Below are positions 27,517-37,238 of a stretch of DNA of 64,000 nt, piece by piece. The DNA comes from Polyangia bacterium. GTDB lineage: Bacteria > Myxococcota_A > Polyangia > Fen-1088. The notes under the pieces were generated by a model that did not search any database, was not told where the DNA came from, and saw nothing but the letters and a program-made list of their open reading frames with translations. The first letter of the stretch is position 1, and every line of letters starts with the position of its first letter. The position numbers were made by a program, and so were the translations under genes. The DNA lies in the NCBI GenBank assembly GCA_045802645.1, contig JBJMQQ010000131.1, positions 2,050-66,049 of the forward strand, given 5' to 3'.

Positions 27517-28869
27517 ATGAGCACGGGAGCGCGCGTGTCCGGCGGCGGCCGGACGGTCCTGGACATGAACGGCTATCAGTGGACGGTCCTGTTCGCCGCC
27601 TGGCTCGGGTGGGGCTTCGACTGCTTCGACGGTTTGCTTTTCAACTACGTCGCGCCGAACTGCGTGCCGTCGCTGCTGGGCCTGGCGATCGGCTCGCCGG
27701 CCGCCAAGGCGGCGACGCTGCGCTGGGGCGGCATCTTGACCTCGATCCTGCTGGTCGGGTGGGCCGTCGGCGGCATCCTGTTCGGCCAGATCGCCGACCG
27801 CATCGGCCGCGCGCGCACGCTGATGTTGACGATGCTGCTCTACGCGCTGGGGACCGCCTGCTGCGCGGCCGCGCCGAACATCTGGGCGCTGATCGCCTTC
27901 CGCGCGATCGCCAGCCTGGGCATCGGCGGCGAGTGGGCGGCGGGCGCGGCCATGGTCGCCGAGGTCGTCCCCGAGCGCCGGCGCGTCGAAGCCGGCGCGC
28001 TGCTGTACACCTCGGCGCCGGCGGGGCTGTTCCTGGCGACGTTCGTCAATTTCCAGATCGCGGGCGTCGCGATGAAGGGGTCGCCCGAGACCTCCTGGCG
28101 CTACGTCTTCCTGTGCGGCCTCATCCCGGCCGCCGTCGCGTCCGTGGTCCGCCTGTTCGTGAAAGAGCCGGAGCGGTGGACCAGCGCGGCGGCGTCGGCC
28201 CCGCGCCCGCGTTTCGGCGAGCTGTTTCGGGGCGAGGCACGCGCGCTGACGCTCTCGGGGTTCGCGATGGCCGTCGTCGCGCTCATCGCGTGGTGGAGCA
28301 TCAACGCCTTCATCCCGATCGTCTCGACCGGGCTGGCGCAGGCGACCGCCAAGGCGGGCGGGCTGGATCGCCCCGCGACGCTGGCGCTGGTCGAGCACTG
28401 GAAGGCGCTGGCGACCAACGTCTTCAACCTGGGCGGCCTCATCGGCACGCTGCTGACGATCCCGGCGGCCAAGGTCATGGGCCGCCGCAAGATGTTCGCG
28501 CTCTACTACTTCCTGTCCGGGCTGGCGATCCTGGCGACGTTCGGCCTGGACCTGTCGCCGATCGCGCGCCTCTGGATGTACTTCCTGATCGGGCTGACGG
28601 TGTTCGGCGTCTTCGGCAGCTTCACGTACTACCTGCCCGAGCTGTTTCCCACACGGCTCCGCGGGACGGGCGCCGGGTTCTGCTACAACGTCGGCCGCTT
28701 CATCGCCGCCGGCGGACCGTTCCTGGTCGGTACGGTCGCCGCGCGCGGCGCGAATTCGCTGCAGACGGCGCTGGCGGCCCTGTTCTGGGTCGGCGTGGTG
28801 CCGCTGATCGGCGCGCTGGTGGCGCTGTCGCCGATCGTGATCGAGACGAAGGGCCGCGAGCTTGCGTAG
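27517..28869 (+). CDS. MFS transporter
   Basis: 450 aa with 12 predicted helices. The MFS loop motif GQIADRIGRARTL lies between TM2 and TM3. An alternative start MNGYQW lies at 27565. Confidence 0.85.
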   Translation: MSTGARVSGGGRTVLDMNGYQWTVLFAAWLGWGFDCFDGLLFNYVAPNCVPSLLGLAIGSPAAKAATLRWGGILTSILLVGWAVGGILFGQIADRIGRARTLMLTMLLYALGTACCAAAPNIWALIAFRAIASLGIGGEWAAGAAMVAEVVPERRRVEAGALLYTSAPAGLFLATFVNFQIAGVAMKGSPETSWRYVFLCGLIPAAVASVVRLFVKEPERWTSAAASAPRPRFGELFRGEARALTLSGFAMAVVALIAWWSINAFIPIVSTGLAQATAKAGGLDRPATLALVEHWKALATNVFNLGGLIGTLLTIPAAKVMGRRKMFALYYFLSGLAILATFGLDLSPIARLWMYFLIGLTVFGVFGSFTYYLPELFPTRLRGTGAGFCYNVGRFIAAGGPFLVGTVAARGANSLQTALAALFWVGVVPLIGALVALSPIVIETKGRELA

Positions 28870-28885
28870 GGCCCTCACCCAGGTC

Positions 28886-28907
28886 CTCTCCCCGCGGGCG
28901 GGGAGAG
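28886..28907. terminator. GC-rich hairpin CTCTCCCCGC-gg-GCGGGGAGAG between convergent genes
   Basis: Perfect 10-nt inverted repeat seen between the MFS stop (28869) and the gap stop (28965). Confidence 0.5.
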
Positions 28908-28936
28908 GGATCGGGAGAGGGAGTGATTGATCGAAC

Positions 28937-28954
28937 GGAACGCTGGTGCGTTCC
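28937..28954. terminator. hairpin GGAACGC-tggt-GCGTTCC between convergent genes
   Basis: Perfect 7-bp stem with a 4-nt loop, 11 nt from the gap stop codon. Confidence 0.45.
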
Positions 28955-28964
28955 GATCTATTTA

Positions 28965-30125
<1,161 letters not shown>

Positions 30126-30668
30126 TTAGCGACGCAGCAGGATGAGGGTCGCGCCGGCCCCGCCCCAGCGGGGGGGCGCGGGCGCGAAGGCCATCACGCC
30201 GGCACGCGTCCCGGCGGCGCCGCCCAGCCAGGCGTGGAGGGCGGGACGCAGCACGGGGCCGGCGCTCTCGGAGTTCAGCCCGCGGCCGTGGATGACCATC
30301 ACCGTCCGGAAGCCACCGCTCCGGCACTGCTGCACGAACCGGTCGACCGCCGCCAGGGCCTGGTCGCGGGTCATGCCGTGCAAATCGACGCGCGCTTCGG
30401 GCCGCCGGTCGCCGGTTCGCAGCGCGCGCACCTCGCGAGCGCTGACGTCCGCGGCGCGTCCTGACGCCCCGTCGCCGCCTGTCTGGACCGGCCGGGCCTG
30501 CCGCGCCGGCGCGGGACGGACCGGCCGTGCGGCGGGGCGAGAGACGGTCGCGCCAGCACCCGCGCCCGGGCCGACCAGCCGCCGGGGCCCGCCCGGCAGC
30601 GGGCGCGCGCCGCTCATCGCCTGCTCGAACGCCCGGGCGTCATCCTCGGGCAGGCGGCGCTTGGACAT
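30126..30668 (-). CDS. Smr (MutS2 C-terminal-like) domain protein
   Basis: C-terminal VDLHGMTRDQALAAVDRFVQQCRSGGFRTVMVIHGRGLNS is the Smr signature. Confidence 0.8.
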   Translation of the reverse strand: MSKRRLPEDDARAFEQAMSGARPLPGGPRRLVGPGAGAGATVSRPAARPVRPAPARQARPVQTGGDGASGRAADVSAREVRALRTGDRRPEARVDLHGMTRDQALAAVDRFVQQCRSGGFRTVMVIHGRGLNSESAGPVLRPALHAWLGGAAGTRAGVMAFAPAPPRWGGAGATLILLRR

Positions 30669-30673
30669 GACGC

Positions 30674-31150
30674 CTAGATCTTACGAAACGTGTCGATCAC
30701 CTGGTGAATGACTTTTCCGTTCGGGTCGTGGCGGGCCCGGTCGACGACCCCGATGACGGTCAGCTTCTGGTGGTAGGCCACACCCGTGTGCCCCCCCTCG
30801 CGCCCCCACTGCTCGAGCAGGCTGGCCTGCCCCTTGGCCAGCGCGTCCTGGTCCCGGTACTCGCAGACGATCGTGTCCAGCCCCTGCACCCGCCCCTCTT
30901 CGCAGGTGGCGGCCCCGTAGGGGACCGGCTGCAGCGGCGCGAACCCCTCGGGCGCCAGCCCCGCGCTACGCCAGGCGTTCTGGACGGCGTCCGTGTGCGG
31001 TGTGCCGTCGACGTGGGCCGGCGGAGCGGGTACCGGAGCGCTCGGCGCGGCACTTCCCCCGGGAGCGGCCGGTGTCGCCGCCTTGTGGCACCCCAGCAGC
31101 CCCAACATCACGGATACCCACGCCCAGTGGCTGTTCGTTCGGGTCGGCAT
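30674..31150 (-). CDS. small lipoprotein (158 aa), unknown function
   Basis: ATG at 31150 gives MPTRTNSHWAWVSVMLGLLGC (lipobox). A Pro/Ala linker is followed by a 100-aa domain. Confidence 0.55.
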   Translation of the reverse strand: MPTRTNSHWAWVSVMLGLLGCHKAATPAAPGGSAAPSAPVPAPPAHVDGTPHTDAVQNAWRSAGLAPEGFAPLQPVPYGAATCEEGRVQGLDTIVCEYRDQDALAKGQASLLEQWGREGGHTGVAYHQKLTVIGVVDRARHDPNGKVIHQVIDTFRKI

Positions 31151-31158
31151 CGGCAACC

Positions 31159-31500
31159 TCAGCGGTGAAATCCGGCGTGCGGACCGCCGCCCCCGTGCGG
31201 AGCGGGCCCCCCGCCATGGAACCCGGGCTGGCCCTGCGGCTGACTGCCGCCGCCGTGGAAGCTCGGTCCGGGCTGCGGGCCCCCGCCGTGAAAGCCCGGC
31301 CCCGCGGGCGCGCCGCCGCCGTGGAACCCCGGTCCGGGCTGCGGGCCCCCGCCGTGGAAGCCGGGCCCCGGTCCCGGACCACCGTGCCAGCCGCGATCGT
31401 GGGCAGGCCCGGGTCCCGGGCCGCCGTGCCACCCGCGATCGTGCTCGGGCCCGCCGTGCCAGCCCGGTCCCCGCTCCCAGCCCCGATGCTCCTCATGCCG
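31159..31500 (-). repeat. coding tandem repeats (GWHGGPG / GPGFHGGG units)
   Basis: Reiterated ccgccgtggaa(g/c)c.cgg.ccggg units on the plus strand. Confidence 0.8.
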
Positions 31501-32148
31501 CCACTCTTCGTGGCGCTCGTGCATGACCATCTCCCGGCGCTCGGGCCCGCCGTGCCAACCGGGGCCGCCGTGCCAGGCGCGCGGGCCGCCCCCGTACCAG
31601 CCCGGGCCGCCCACGACGATCTCGCCGCGAAATGCGGGCGGCGCGATGGCGACGTCGATGATCGGCCGGTCATAGGCCAGCGGGGCGTAAACCTCGTTGA
31701 CCACGACGAACCGCGGCTGCTCCGCATAAAACACCGGATCGTAGGCGCCGACGTACCAGTAGGCGCCCCCCCGCATCTCGAACTGAGCCGTCGGCGGCGG
31801 CGCGTACCAGTGGTAGTGGGGGCCCTTGAGGTAGCAGTAGGTCGGGGCGCCGAACGTGACGTTCACGTCGGCGACCGGGTGGGGCCCGTAGAACGAATAG
31901 CGCGGGCCGTCGTAGCCGAACGGCGTCGGGTCGCCGACGAAGTAATATTGCCCGCTCACCTGCCGGTAGAGCCGCGGGTCGGACGGGGGGTAGTCGTGGA
32001 AGTGGGGGACGTCGATGTCGCAGAAGCCGTGGCCGACCCGCTTGGGCAGCGGGTGCCGCGAAACGTAATAGATGGACTCGGCGTGGGCGGCGCTGGCGGC
32101 GGCCCCCAGCGCGACGAAACAGGCGAAAACTACCGCGAACCTGCGCAT
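31159..32148 (-). CDS. secreted Tyr/Pro-rich protein with C-terminal His/Gly repeat array
   Basis: RBS ggag lies before the ATG at 32148. Signal peptide MRRFAVVFACFVALGAAASAAHA. The C-terminus carries GWHGGPG (x4) and GFHGGG (x5) repeats. Confidence 0.6.
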   Translation of the reverse strand: MRRFAVVFACFVALGAAASAAHAESIYYVSRHPLPKRVGHGFCDIDVPHFHDYPPSDPRLYRQVSGQYYFVGDPTPFGYDGPRYSFYGPHPVADVNVTFGAPTYCYLKGPHYHWYAPPPTAQFEMRGGAYWYVGAYDPVFYAEQPRFVVVNEVYAPLAYDRPIIDVAIAPPAFRGEIVVGGPGWYGGGPRAWHGGPGWHGGPERREMVMHERHEEWRHEEHRGWERGPGWHGGPEHDRGWHGGPGPGPAHDRGWHGGPGPGPGFHGGGPQPGPGFHGGGAPAGPGFHGGGPQPGPSFHGGGSQPQGQPGFHGGGPAPHGGGGPHAGFHR

Positions 32149-32330
32149 TTCTTCTCCTCGGCGCTCCGAAACGGAGCCGAACATCATACGCGATCGACCC
32201 GTTCTCGATACATGCCGCTGCGCGCCACCACTGCCAGGTGCCCTCGTATGCCGCAACACGCCTCGCAATCCGTCTTGATCTGGCGCACGCAATCTCGCAG
32301 GGTGAATCCTCACCCTTGCGGAGGCGGGAA

Positions 32331-32720
32331 ATGGCGCAAAAGAAGGTTCTGCTGGTCGAGGACGATCTGGAAATCCGAGACATCCTGCAGGATCTGCTAG
32401 AGGCCGAGGGATACGACGTCATCCCGGCCAGCCACGGGCGTCAGGCGCTGGAGTTCCTGGTCGCCTCGCCCAGCGAAGCGCTGCCCGACCTGGTGGTGCT
32501 CGACATGATGATGCCTCTCGTCGACGGCTCCCAGGTGCTGGCGTCCATGAAGAGCGATCCGAAGCTGTCGCCCATCCCCGTTGTCGTCATGAGCGCCGTC
32601 GCGCGCGAACGGCCGGCCGGCGCGGCCGCGTTCCTGCGCAAGCCGATCCCGCTGCAGAAGCTCTTCGACACGATTCGCGACTTCGTCGAGCGCGGCTTTC
32701 CGCGGCTCGCGTCGACGTAA
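32331..32720 (+). CDS. stand-alone response regulator receiver protein (CheY-like)
   Basis: ATG at 32331. KKVLLVEDDLEIRDIL...DLVVLDMMMPLVDG...VVVMSA...FLRKPI. Confidence 0.85.
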   Translation: MAQKKVLLVEDDLEIRDILQDLLEAEGYDVIPASHGRQALEFLVASPSEALPDLVVLDMMMPLVDGSQVLASMKSDPKLSPIPVVVMSAVARERPAGAAAFLRKPIPLQKLFDTIRDFVERGFPRLAST

Positions 32721-32724
32721 GCCT

Positions 32725-33330
32725 TTACCTGTCGTGTCGCGTGGGTGGCGCGCCCGCGTACGCCGCCGGATTCGCGACGGGCGGCGGCGCGTGATCCCGT
32801 TCCGCCAGCGCCAGCGGGGCCTGGATGCTGGAGGCCTCTGCCTCCTCCGCTTCGAGGATGGCGAGATCGCGCGACGGTAGCTCGCACGTCTGGCGGACCT
32901 GCCGCGCGCGTTCGATCTGTCCCAGGCGGTAATACGCGACGAGCCGCCAGAAGCACCCCTCGGGATCGCTGCGCGAGTCGAGATCCCGCAGGTGGAACAG
33001 CACCGTCTCCCAGCGATCGCCCTCGACGGCGGCCGCGCGCGCCGCTTTCTCGGCGTCGGCCAATCGGTCGCGGCGATTTTGCTCCAGCGCGCGGCGCGTC
33101 GCCGCCGCCTGACTTGGAAACGGCGTCAACGTCACGTTCTCGTTGATGGCCCCGTGCGTCGGCCCGACGGCCGATGGGTGCACCCCGTCGTTGCGGTGCA
33201 ACCAATGCCTGGACTTGCCGTGGGCGGTGTTGTGCTTTTTCGCGGCCGGCGGCTTCGCGCTGGCGGGCGCGGTCGCGGCGAGGACCAACCCCAACGTCAC
33301 AGCCCCCAGGGTAGTACGCAGTGAGGCCAT
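32725..33330 (-). CDS. hypothetical secreted protein
   Basis: ATG at 33330 gives MASLRTTLGAVTLGLVLAATAPASA (signal peptide). No recognisable domain. Confidence 0.45.
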   Translation of the reverse strand: MASLRTTLGAVTLGLVLAATAPASAKPPAAKKHNTAHGKSRHWLHRNDGVHPSAVGPTHGAINENVTLTPFPSQAAATRRALEQNRRDRLADAEKAARAAAVEGDRWETVLFHLRDLDSRSDPEGCFWRLVAYYRLGQIERARQVRQTCELPSRDLAILEAEEAEASSIQAPLALAERDHAPPPVANPAAYAGAPPTRHDR

Positions 33331-33428
33331 GACCTCAGGATACCGATTCTCGCGCGGCCGCAAAATCTCTTATTTCACGCCCGCAAACGCTTTTGACGCG
33401 CGATCTCCATTAGTATTCACGACTCCCG

Positions 33429-34070
33429 ATGACGTTCCTGACGGGACATGTCCGCCTGCGGCTGGTCGCGGCCGACGGCAGCGCGGATCAGACGCCCGAC
33501 GCCGACCTCGCGCGCGCGCTGATTGCGGGCGATCCGTCGGCGGCCGAGATCGCGTGGGAGCGCTACGCGCCGCTGGTGCATCGGATCGTCAGCCGCGCGC
33601 TGGGACCGGAGGCGGAGGTCGAGGACGTCACGCAGGAGATCTTCTACCGCCTGTTCACGCGCGTCCGTTCGTTGCGCAAACCAGAGGCTCTGCGCAGCTT
33701 CGTCGTTTCGTTCGCGCTGCGGATCGTGAAGTGGGAGTTGCGCCGGCGGCGCGCGCGACGGTGGCTGACGCTGTCGGAGACCGGCGAGCTGCCGGACAAT
33801 CAGCTGCTGTACGTCACGGCGGACAGCCGGTACGCGTTGCGCCGCCTGTACCGGCTGCTCGATCAGCTGGCGACCCGCGATCGCCTGGTGCTGGTGTTGC
33901 GGCACGTCGAAGGCATGACGCTGGAAGAGATCGCCGAGGCGCTCGGCATCTCGCTGGCGACGGTGAAGCGATCGTTGCAGTACGGCGCGGCGCGCCTGTC
34001 GGCGCTGGTCGACTCGGACGCGGCGCTGCGAAAACCCGGTCGCCGCGTGGTGCGGAGACTGCGCAAATGA
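33429..34070 (+). CDS. ECF sigma factor (cassette B)
   Basis: Region 2 EDVTQEIFYRLF...LRSFVVSFALRIVKWELRR. Region 4 RLVLVLRHVEGMTLEEIAEALGISLATVKRSL. Confidence 0.85.
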   Translation: MTFLTGHVRLRLVAADGSADQTPDADLARALIAGDPSAAEIAWERYAPLVHRIVSRALGPEAEVEDVTQEIFYRLFTRVRSLRKPEALRSFVVSFALRIVKWELRRRRARRWLTLSETGELPDNQLLYVTADSRYALRRLYRLLDQLATRDRLVLVLRHVEGMTLEEIAEALGISLATVKRSLQYGAARLSALVDSDAALRKPGRRVVRRLRK

Positions 34071-35383
34071 GCCCAGAACAGCCGGACGGCCCGCCCGACG
34101 GCGAGCTAGGACCGCAGGCAGCCGCCCTGATGGCGCGCGCCCGCGAAGAGCTGGGGCAGCCGCCGCACGACGCGGACCGGCAGGGGCTGGACGCGATTCG
34201 CGCGCGGCAGGCGTTGCGCCAGCGCCGCTGGACTCGGTCGCTGGTGCTGGGCGGGGTGGCGGCTGCGGCGGCGCTGGCCCTAGTGATTCCGCGCATCTCG
34301 TCGCATCGTGAGTCCGCGACCGCGGAACGGAACGTGCCGCCGCTGGCGGTGCGGATCGAGGGCGCGTCGCTGGCGAGGAACGGCACCATCCAGGCGGCCG
34401 CCGGCGCGGTGCCGGCGCTGCGATTTGGGGACGGCACGCGGATCGACCTTGGCGCGGGCACGAAGGGGCGCCTGGCGTCCGTGGACGAGCACGGCGCGCA
34501 CGTCGCGATCGCCGACGGCAGCGCGGCGGTCAACGTCGCGCCGCGCCCGCACGCGCGATGGCAGATCGACGCGGGGCCCTTCACGATCCACGTGCACGGG
34601 ACCGTTTTCACGGCCGCCTGGAACGCGACCGAGCAGCGTCTGGACGTGCGCCTTCAGCGCGGATCGATCTCGGTCGACGGCCCGCTGACCACCGGCGCGA
34701 TCCCGATGCGCGCCGGCCAGCGGCTGACCGTCGCGCTGCCCCAGTCACGCGTGCTGCTGCGCCCCATTCAGGACGGCGATCAAGCAGCAGGCGACGAGGA
34801 GGACGCGCCCGCGGCACACGTGGCGGAAGACGTGCCCGCCGCGCCGACCGTGGCGCCCGCGCCGGCGACCCGCGCCCCAGCGCGCGTGCGAGAGGTCCAC
34901 GACGCGCGCGCGTGGCCCGCGGCGCTGGCGGCCGGTGACTTCGCGACGATCGTGCAGGAGGCCAGCCGCGATGTGGGTGGCGTGCTGCGGACCGCCGGCG
35001 CTGACGATCTGGCGGCGCTCGCGGACGCGGCCCGGTATCAGCGGCGCGACGACCTGGCGCGCCGGGCGCTGACGGCGCAGCGGCAGCGGTTCCCCCGATC
35101 GCCGCGCGCGGTCGACGCCGCGTTCTTCCTGGGCCGACTGGATGAGAATGGCGGCGGCGGCCTCATCCACGCGCTGCGGTGGTACGACCGCTACCTCGAA
35201 GAGGCGCCCAACGGCGCCTACGCGGCCGAGGCCCTGGGCCGGCGGATGATTGCGCTGCGCGAGCTTTACGGGAGCGCGGCCGCCCGCCCCGTCGCCGAGC
35301 TCTACGTGCGCCGGTTTCCCCGCGGCAGCTATGCCGGCGCCGCCCACGCCTTGCTGGGCGACAGCCCCGCCGCCGCCCCGTGA
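34067..35383 (+). CDS. FecR-domain anti-sigma factor with TPR-like C-terminus
   Basis: The ATG at 34067 overlaps the sigma stop (ATGA). TM helix SLVLGGVAAAAALALVI. FecR pattern FGDGTRIDLGAGTKGRL...IADGSAAVNV...FTIHVHGTVFTAAW. Confidence 0.75.
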   Translation: MSPEQPDGPPDGELGPQAAALMARAREELGQPPHDADRQGLDAIRARQALRQRRWTRSLVLGGVAAAAALALVIPRISSHRESATAERNVPPLAVRIEGASLARNGTIQAAAGAVPALRFGDGTRIDLGAGTKGRLASVDEHGAHVAIADGSAAVNVAPRPHARWQIDAGPFTIHVHGTVFTAAWNATEQRLDVRLQRGSISVDGPLTTGAIPMRAGQRLTVALPQSRVLLRPIQDGDQAAGDEEDAPAAHVAEDVPAAPTVAPAPATRAPARVREVHDARAWPAALAAGDFATIVQEASRDVGGVLRTAGADDLAALADAARYQRRDDLARRALTAQRQRFPRSPRAVDAAFFLGRLDENGGGGLIHALRWYDRYLEEAPNGAYAAEALGRRMIALRELYGSAAARPVAELYVRRFPRGSYAGAAHALLGDSPAAAP

Positions 35384-36429
35384 AGCGGGGCTGGCTGGTG
35401 GCCGTCGCCCTGCTGGCATCGTCCGGGGCCCTGTTCGCGGCGGCGCCCGCGCCTCTGCCGCGCGTCGTGCTGGTTCGTCCCGCGTCGGCGCCGGCGTCCG
35501 TCACCGCGGCGCTGGTTCGCCTGCGCGGGGAGCTGATCGGGGCCGGCTTCGACGCCGACGTCCTGGACCTGCCGCTGGGCGCCGACGCCCGCGCGTCGCT
35601 GGAGAAGTTCGCGCCGCCGGCGTCCAACGCGAAATCCGCGACGGCGCTGGTGGCGGTCGTCGCCAGCGCCGACCCGGGCAGCGCCGAGCTATGGGTCATC
35701 GACCGCGTGACCGGCAAGACCGTGGTCCGCCGCGTGAACGCCGCGGCGGACGATCCCGCGCGCGTCGCCGAGATCCTGGCCGTGCGCGCCGTCGAGCTGC
35801 TGCGCGCCAGCTTCCTCGAGCTCGCCATCACGCCGGCCGCGGACGCGGCACCCCGTCCGACCACGGCGCCAGCCGTCGAGCGCTGGGCCACCGCGCCCCT
35901 GGACGCGCGGGACTGGACGTGGGCGATCGAGGCGGGCGGCGCGACCGCGGCCGCGGTGGGCGGCCCCTGGAACGTCTTCCTGCCGGTGGCTCGGATTGAG
36001 CGAGCGGTGGGGCGACGAGCGTGCATCCGCCTCGGGTTCGCCGGCCTGGGGACAGCCAGACGGGTCTCCGCGCAAACCGGGTACGCCGATCTTTCCCAGA
36101 CGGTCGTCGTCGCCGAGACGCTGCTGCGGTTCCGGCGCGGACAGCGGGTCGAACCGCTGATCTCGGCAGGCGCGGGCGCGCTGCGGCTGGACGTCGACGC
36201 CCACCAGACGGGGCCCTATCAGCCGGTGGGCGGCACGCGCTGGGGAGCGGCGGGCGATCTGGGGGTCGGCGTCCGCTTCCCGCTGCGCGGACGCCGGTTC
36301 GAGCTGGGCGCCGAAGCGCACGCCGTGTTCGCCCAGCCCTTCCCGACCGCCCAGTATTTCGGGCACGAGCTCGCGCGTGTCGGCCGCCCCACGCTGCTGG
36401 CGACGCTGACGCTTCTGGGGGGGCTGTGA
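35380..36429 (+). CDS. hypothetical exported protein (third gene of ECF cassette B)
   Basis: The GTG at 35380 overlaps the FecR stop (GTGA) and gives VKRGWLVAVALLASSGALFAAAP. An N-terminal alpha/beta-like domain and a linker are followed by a beta-rich C-terminal half. Confidence 0.5.
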   Translation: MKRGWLVAVALLASSGALFAAAPAPLPRVVLVRPASAPASVTAALVRLRGELIGAGFDADVLDLPLGADARASLEKFAPPASNAKSATALVAVVASADPGSAELWVIDRVTGKTVVRRVNAAADDPARVAEILAVRAVELLRASFLELAITPAADAAPRPTTAPAVERWATAPLDARDWTWAIEAGGATAAAVGGPWNVFLPVARIERAVGRRACIRLGFAGLGTARRVSAQTGYADLSQTVVVAETLLRFRRGQRVEPLISAGAGALRLDVDAHQTGPYQPVGGTRWGAAGDLGVGVRFPLRGRRFELGAEAHAVFAQPFPTAQYFGHELARVGRPTLLATLTLLGGL

Positions 36430-37184
36430 TCCGGCGGCTGGCGCTTGCGACGGTGCTGGCCGCCGGGGGCTGCACGGCGGCACCGATCGAGATCGCGACG
36501 CTGGGGCAGAGCGCGCTCAGCGACGGCCTCATCGCCCACTGGGCGTTCGACGAGGGGACGGGCGCGTCCGTCGCCGATCAATCGGGCAACGGTCACAACG
36601 GCCTGCTTCAGGGTCCGGCTTGGTCCTGGACGCCGGCGGGGCGGTTCGGGTCCTCCATTCACCTGTCGGGCTCCGATGTGGTGACGATGACGAATTTCCC
36701 GGCGGCAACGACCAGCTACACCGTCAGCGCCTGGGTTCTCGTCGCCTCCACCGAGCTGGGCGCGCCTGTCGCGAACCTGCTCAGCACCGAGGTCCCAGGC
36801 GGCGGCTGGGCCCTGTACACGCTGACGGGCGGCGGACCGCCGACGTACGCGTTCCGTTACGCCGTCAATGCGCCCCAGCAGTTCTGGAACGCATTCTGCG
36901 ACTGTCTGATCCCCGACGTCTGGACGCACGTCGCGGCGGTCGTCGATAGCGATGCCGGGACGCTGCAGCTCTACGTGGGCACGGCGCCGCCGGTGACGAC
37001 GCCGGTCACGACGAGCATCGTTCCGGGCAGCACGACGCTGAACATCGGCCGCTCGACGCTGCAGCAACCGGGCGCCGCGTTTCCGCTGCTGGGCGCGCTG
37101 GACGACATCGCGATCTACAACCGCGCGCTTGGCCCCGAGGAGATCGCCGCCCTGAGCACCGCGCCCGCGACGAATCCGCACTGA
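36426..37184 (+). CDS. LamG/concanavalin A-like (Laminin_G_3) lipoprotein
   Basis: The GTG at 36426 overlaps the upstream stop (GTGA). Lipobox VLAAGGC. LIAHWAFDEGTGASVADQSGNGHNGLLQG...GRFGSSIHLSG...LDDIAIYNRAL is the typical LamG_3 pattern. Confidence 0.7.
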   Translation: MIRRLALATVLAAGGCTAAPIEIATLGQSALSDGLIAHWAFDEGTGASVADQSGNGHNGLLQGPAWSWTPAGRFGSSIHLSGSDVVTMTNFPAATTSYTVSAWVLVASTELGAPVANLLSTEVPGGGWALYTLTGGGPPTYAFRYAVNAPQQFWNAFCDCLIPDVWTHVAAVVDSDAGTLQLYVGTAPPVTTPVTTSIVPGSTTLNIGRSTLQQPGAAFPLLGALDDIAIYNRALGPEEIAALSTAPATNPH

Positions 37185-37238
37185 GTCGCCGGCCGCGCGC
37201 ACCACCGCTGGAGGTGCCGCTGTATAAGGGGCGACGCG

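Noticed and set aside
33143-35383. 746-aa run-on ORF
   Set aside because: It fuses upstream non-coding sequence and out-of-frame sigma-gene sequence to the FecR gene. The real start is the ATG at 34067, coupled to the sigma stop.
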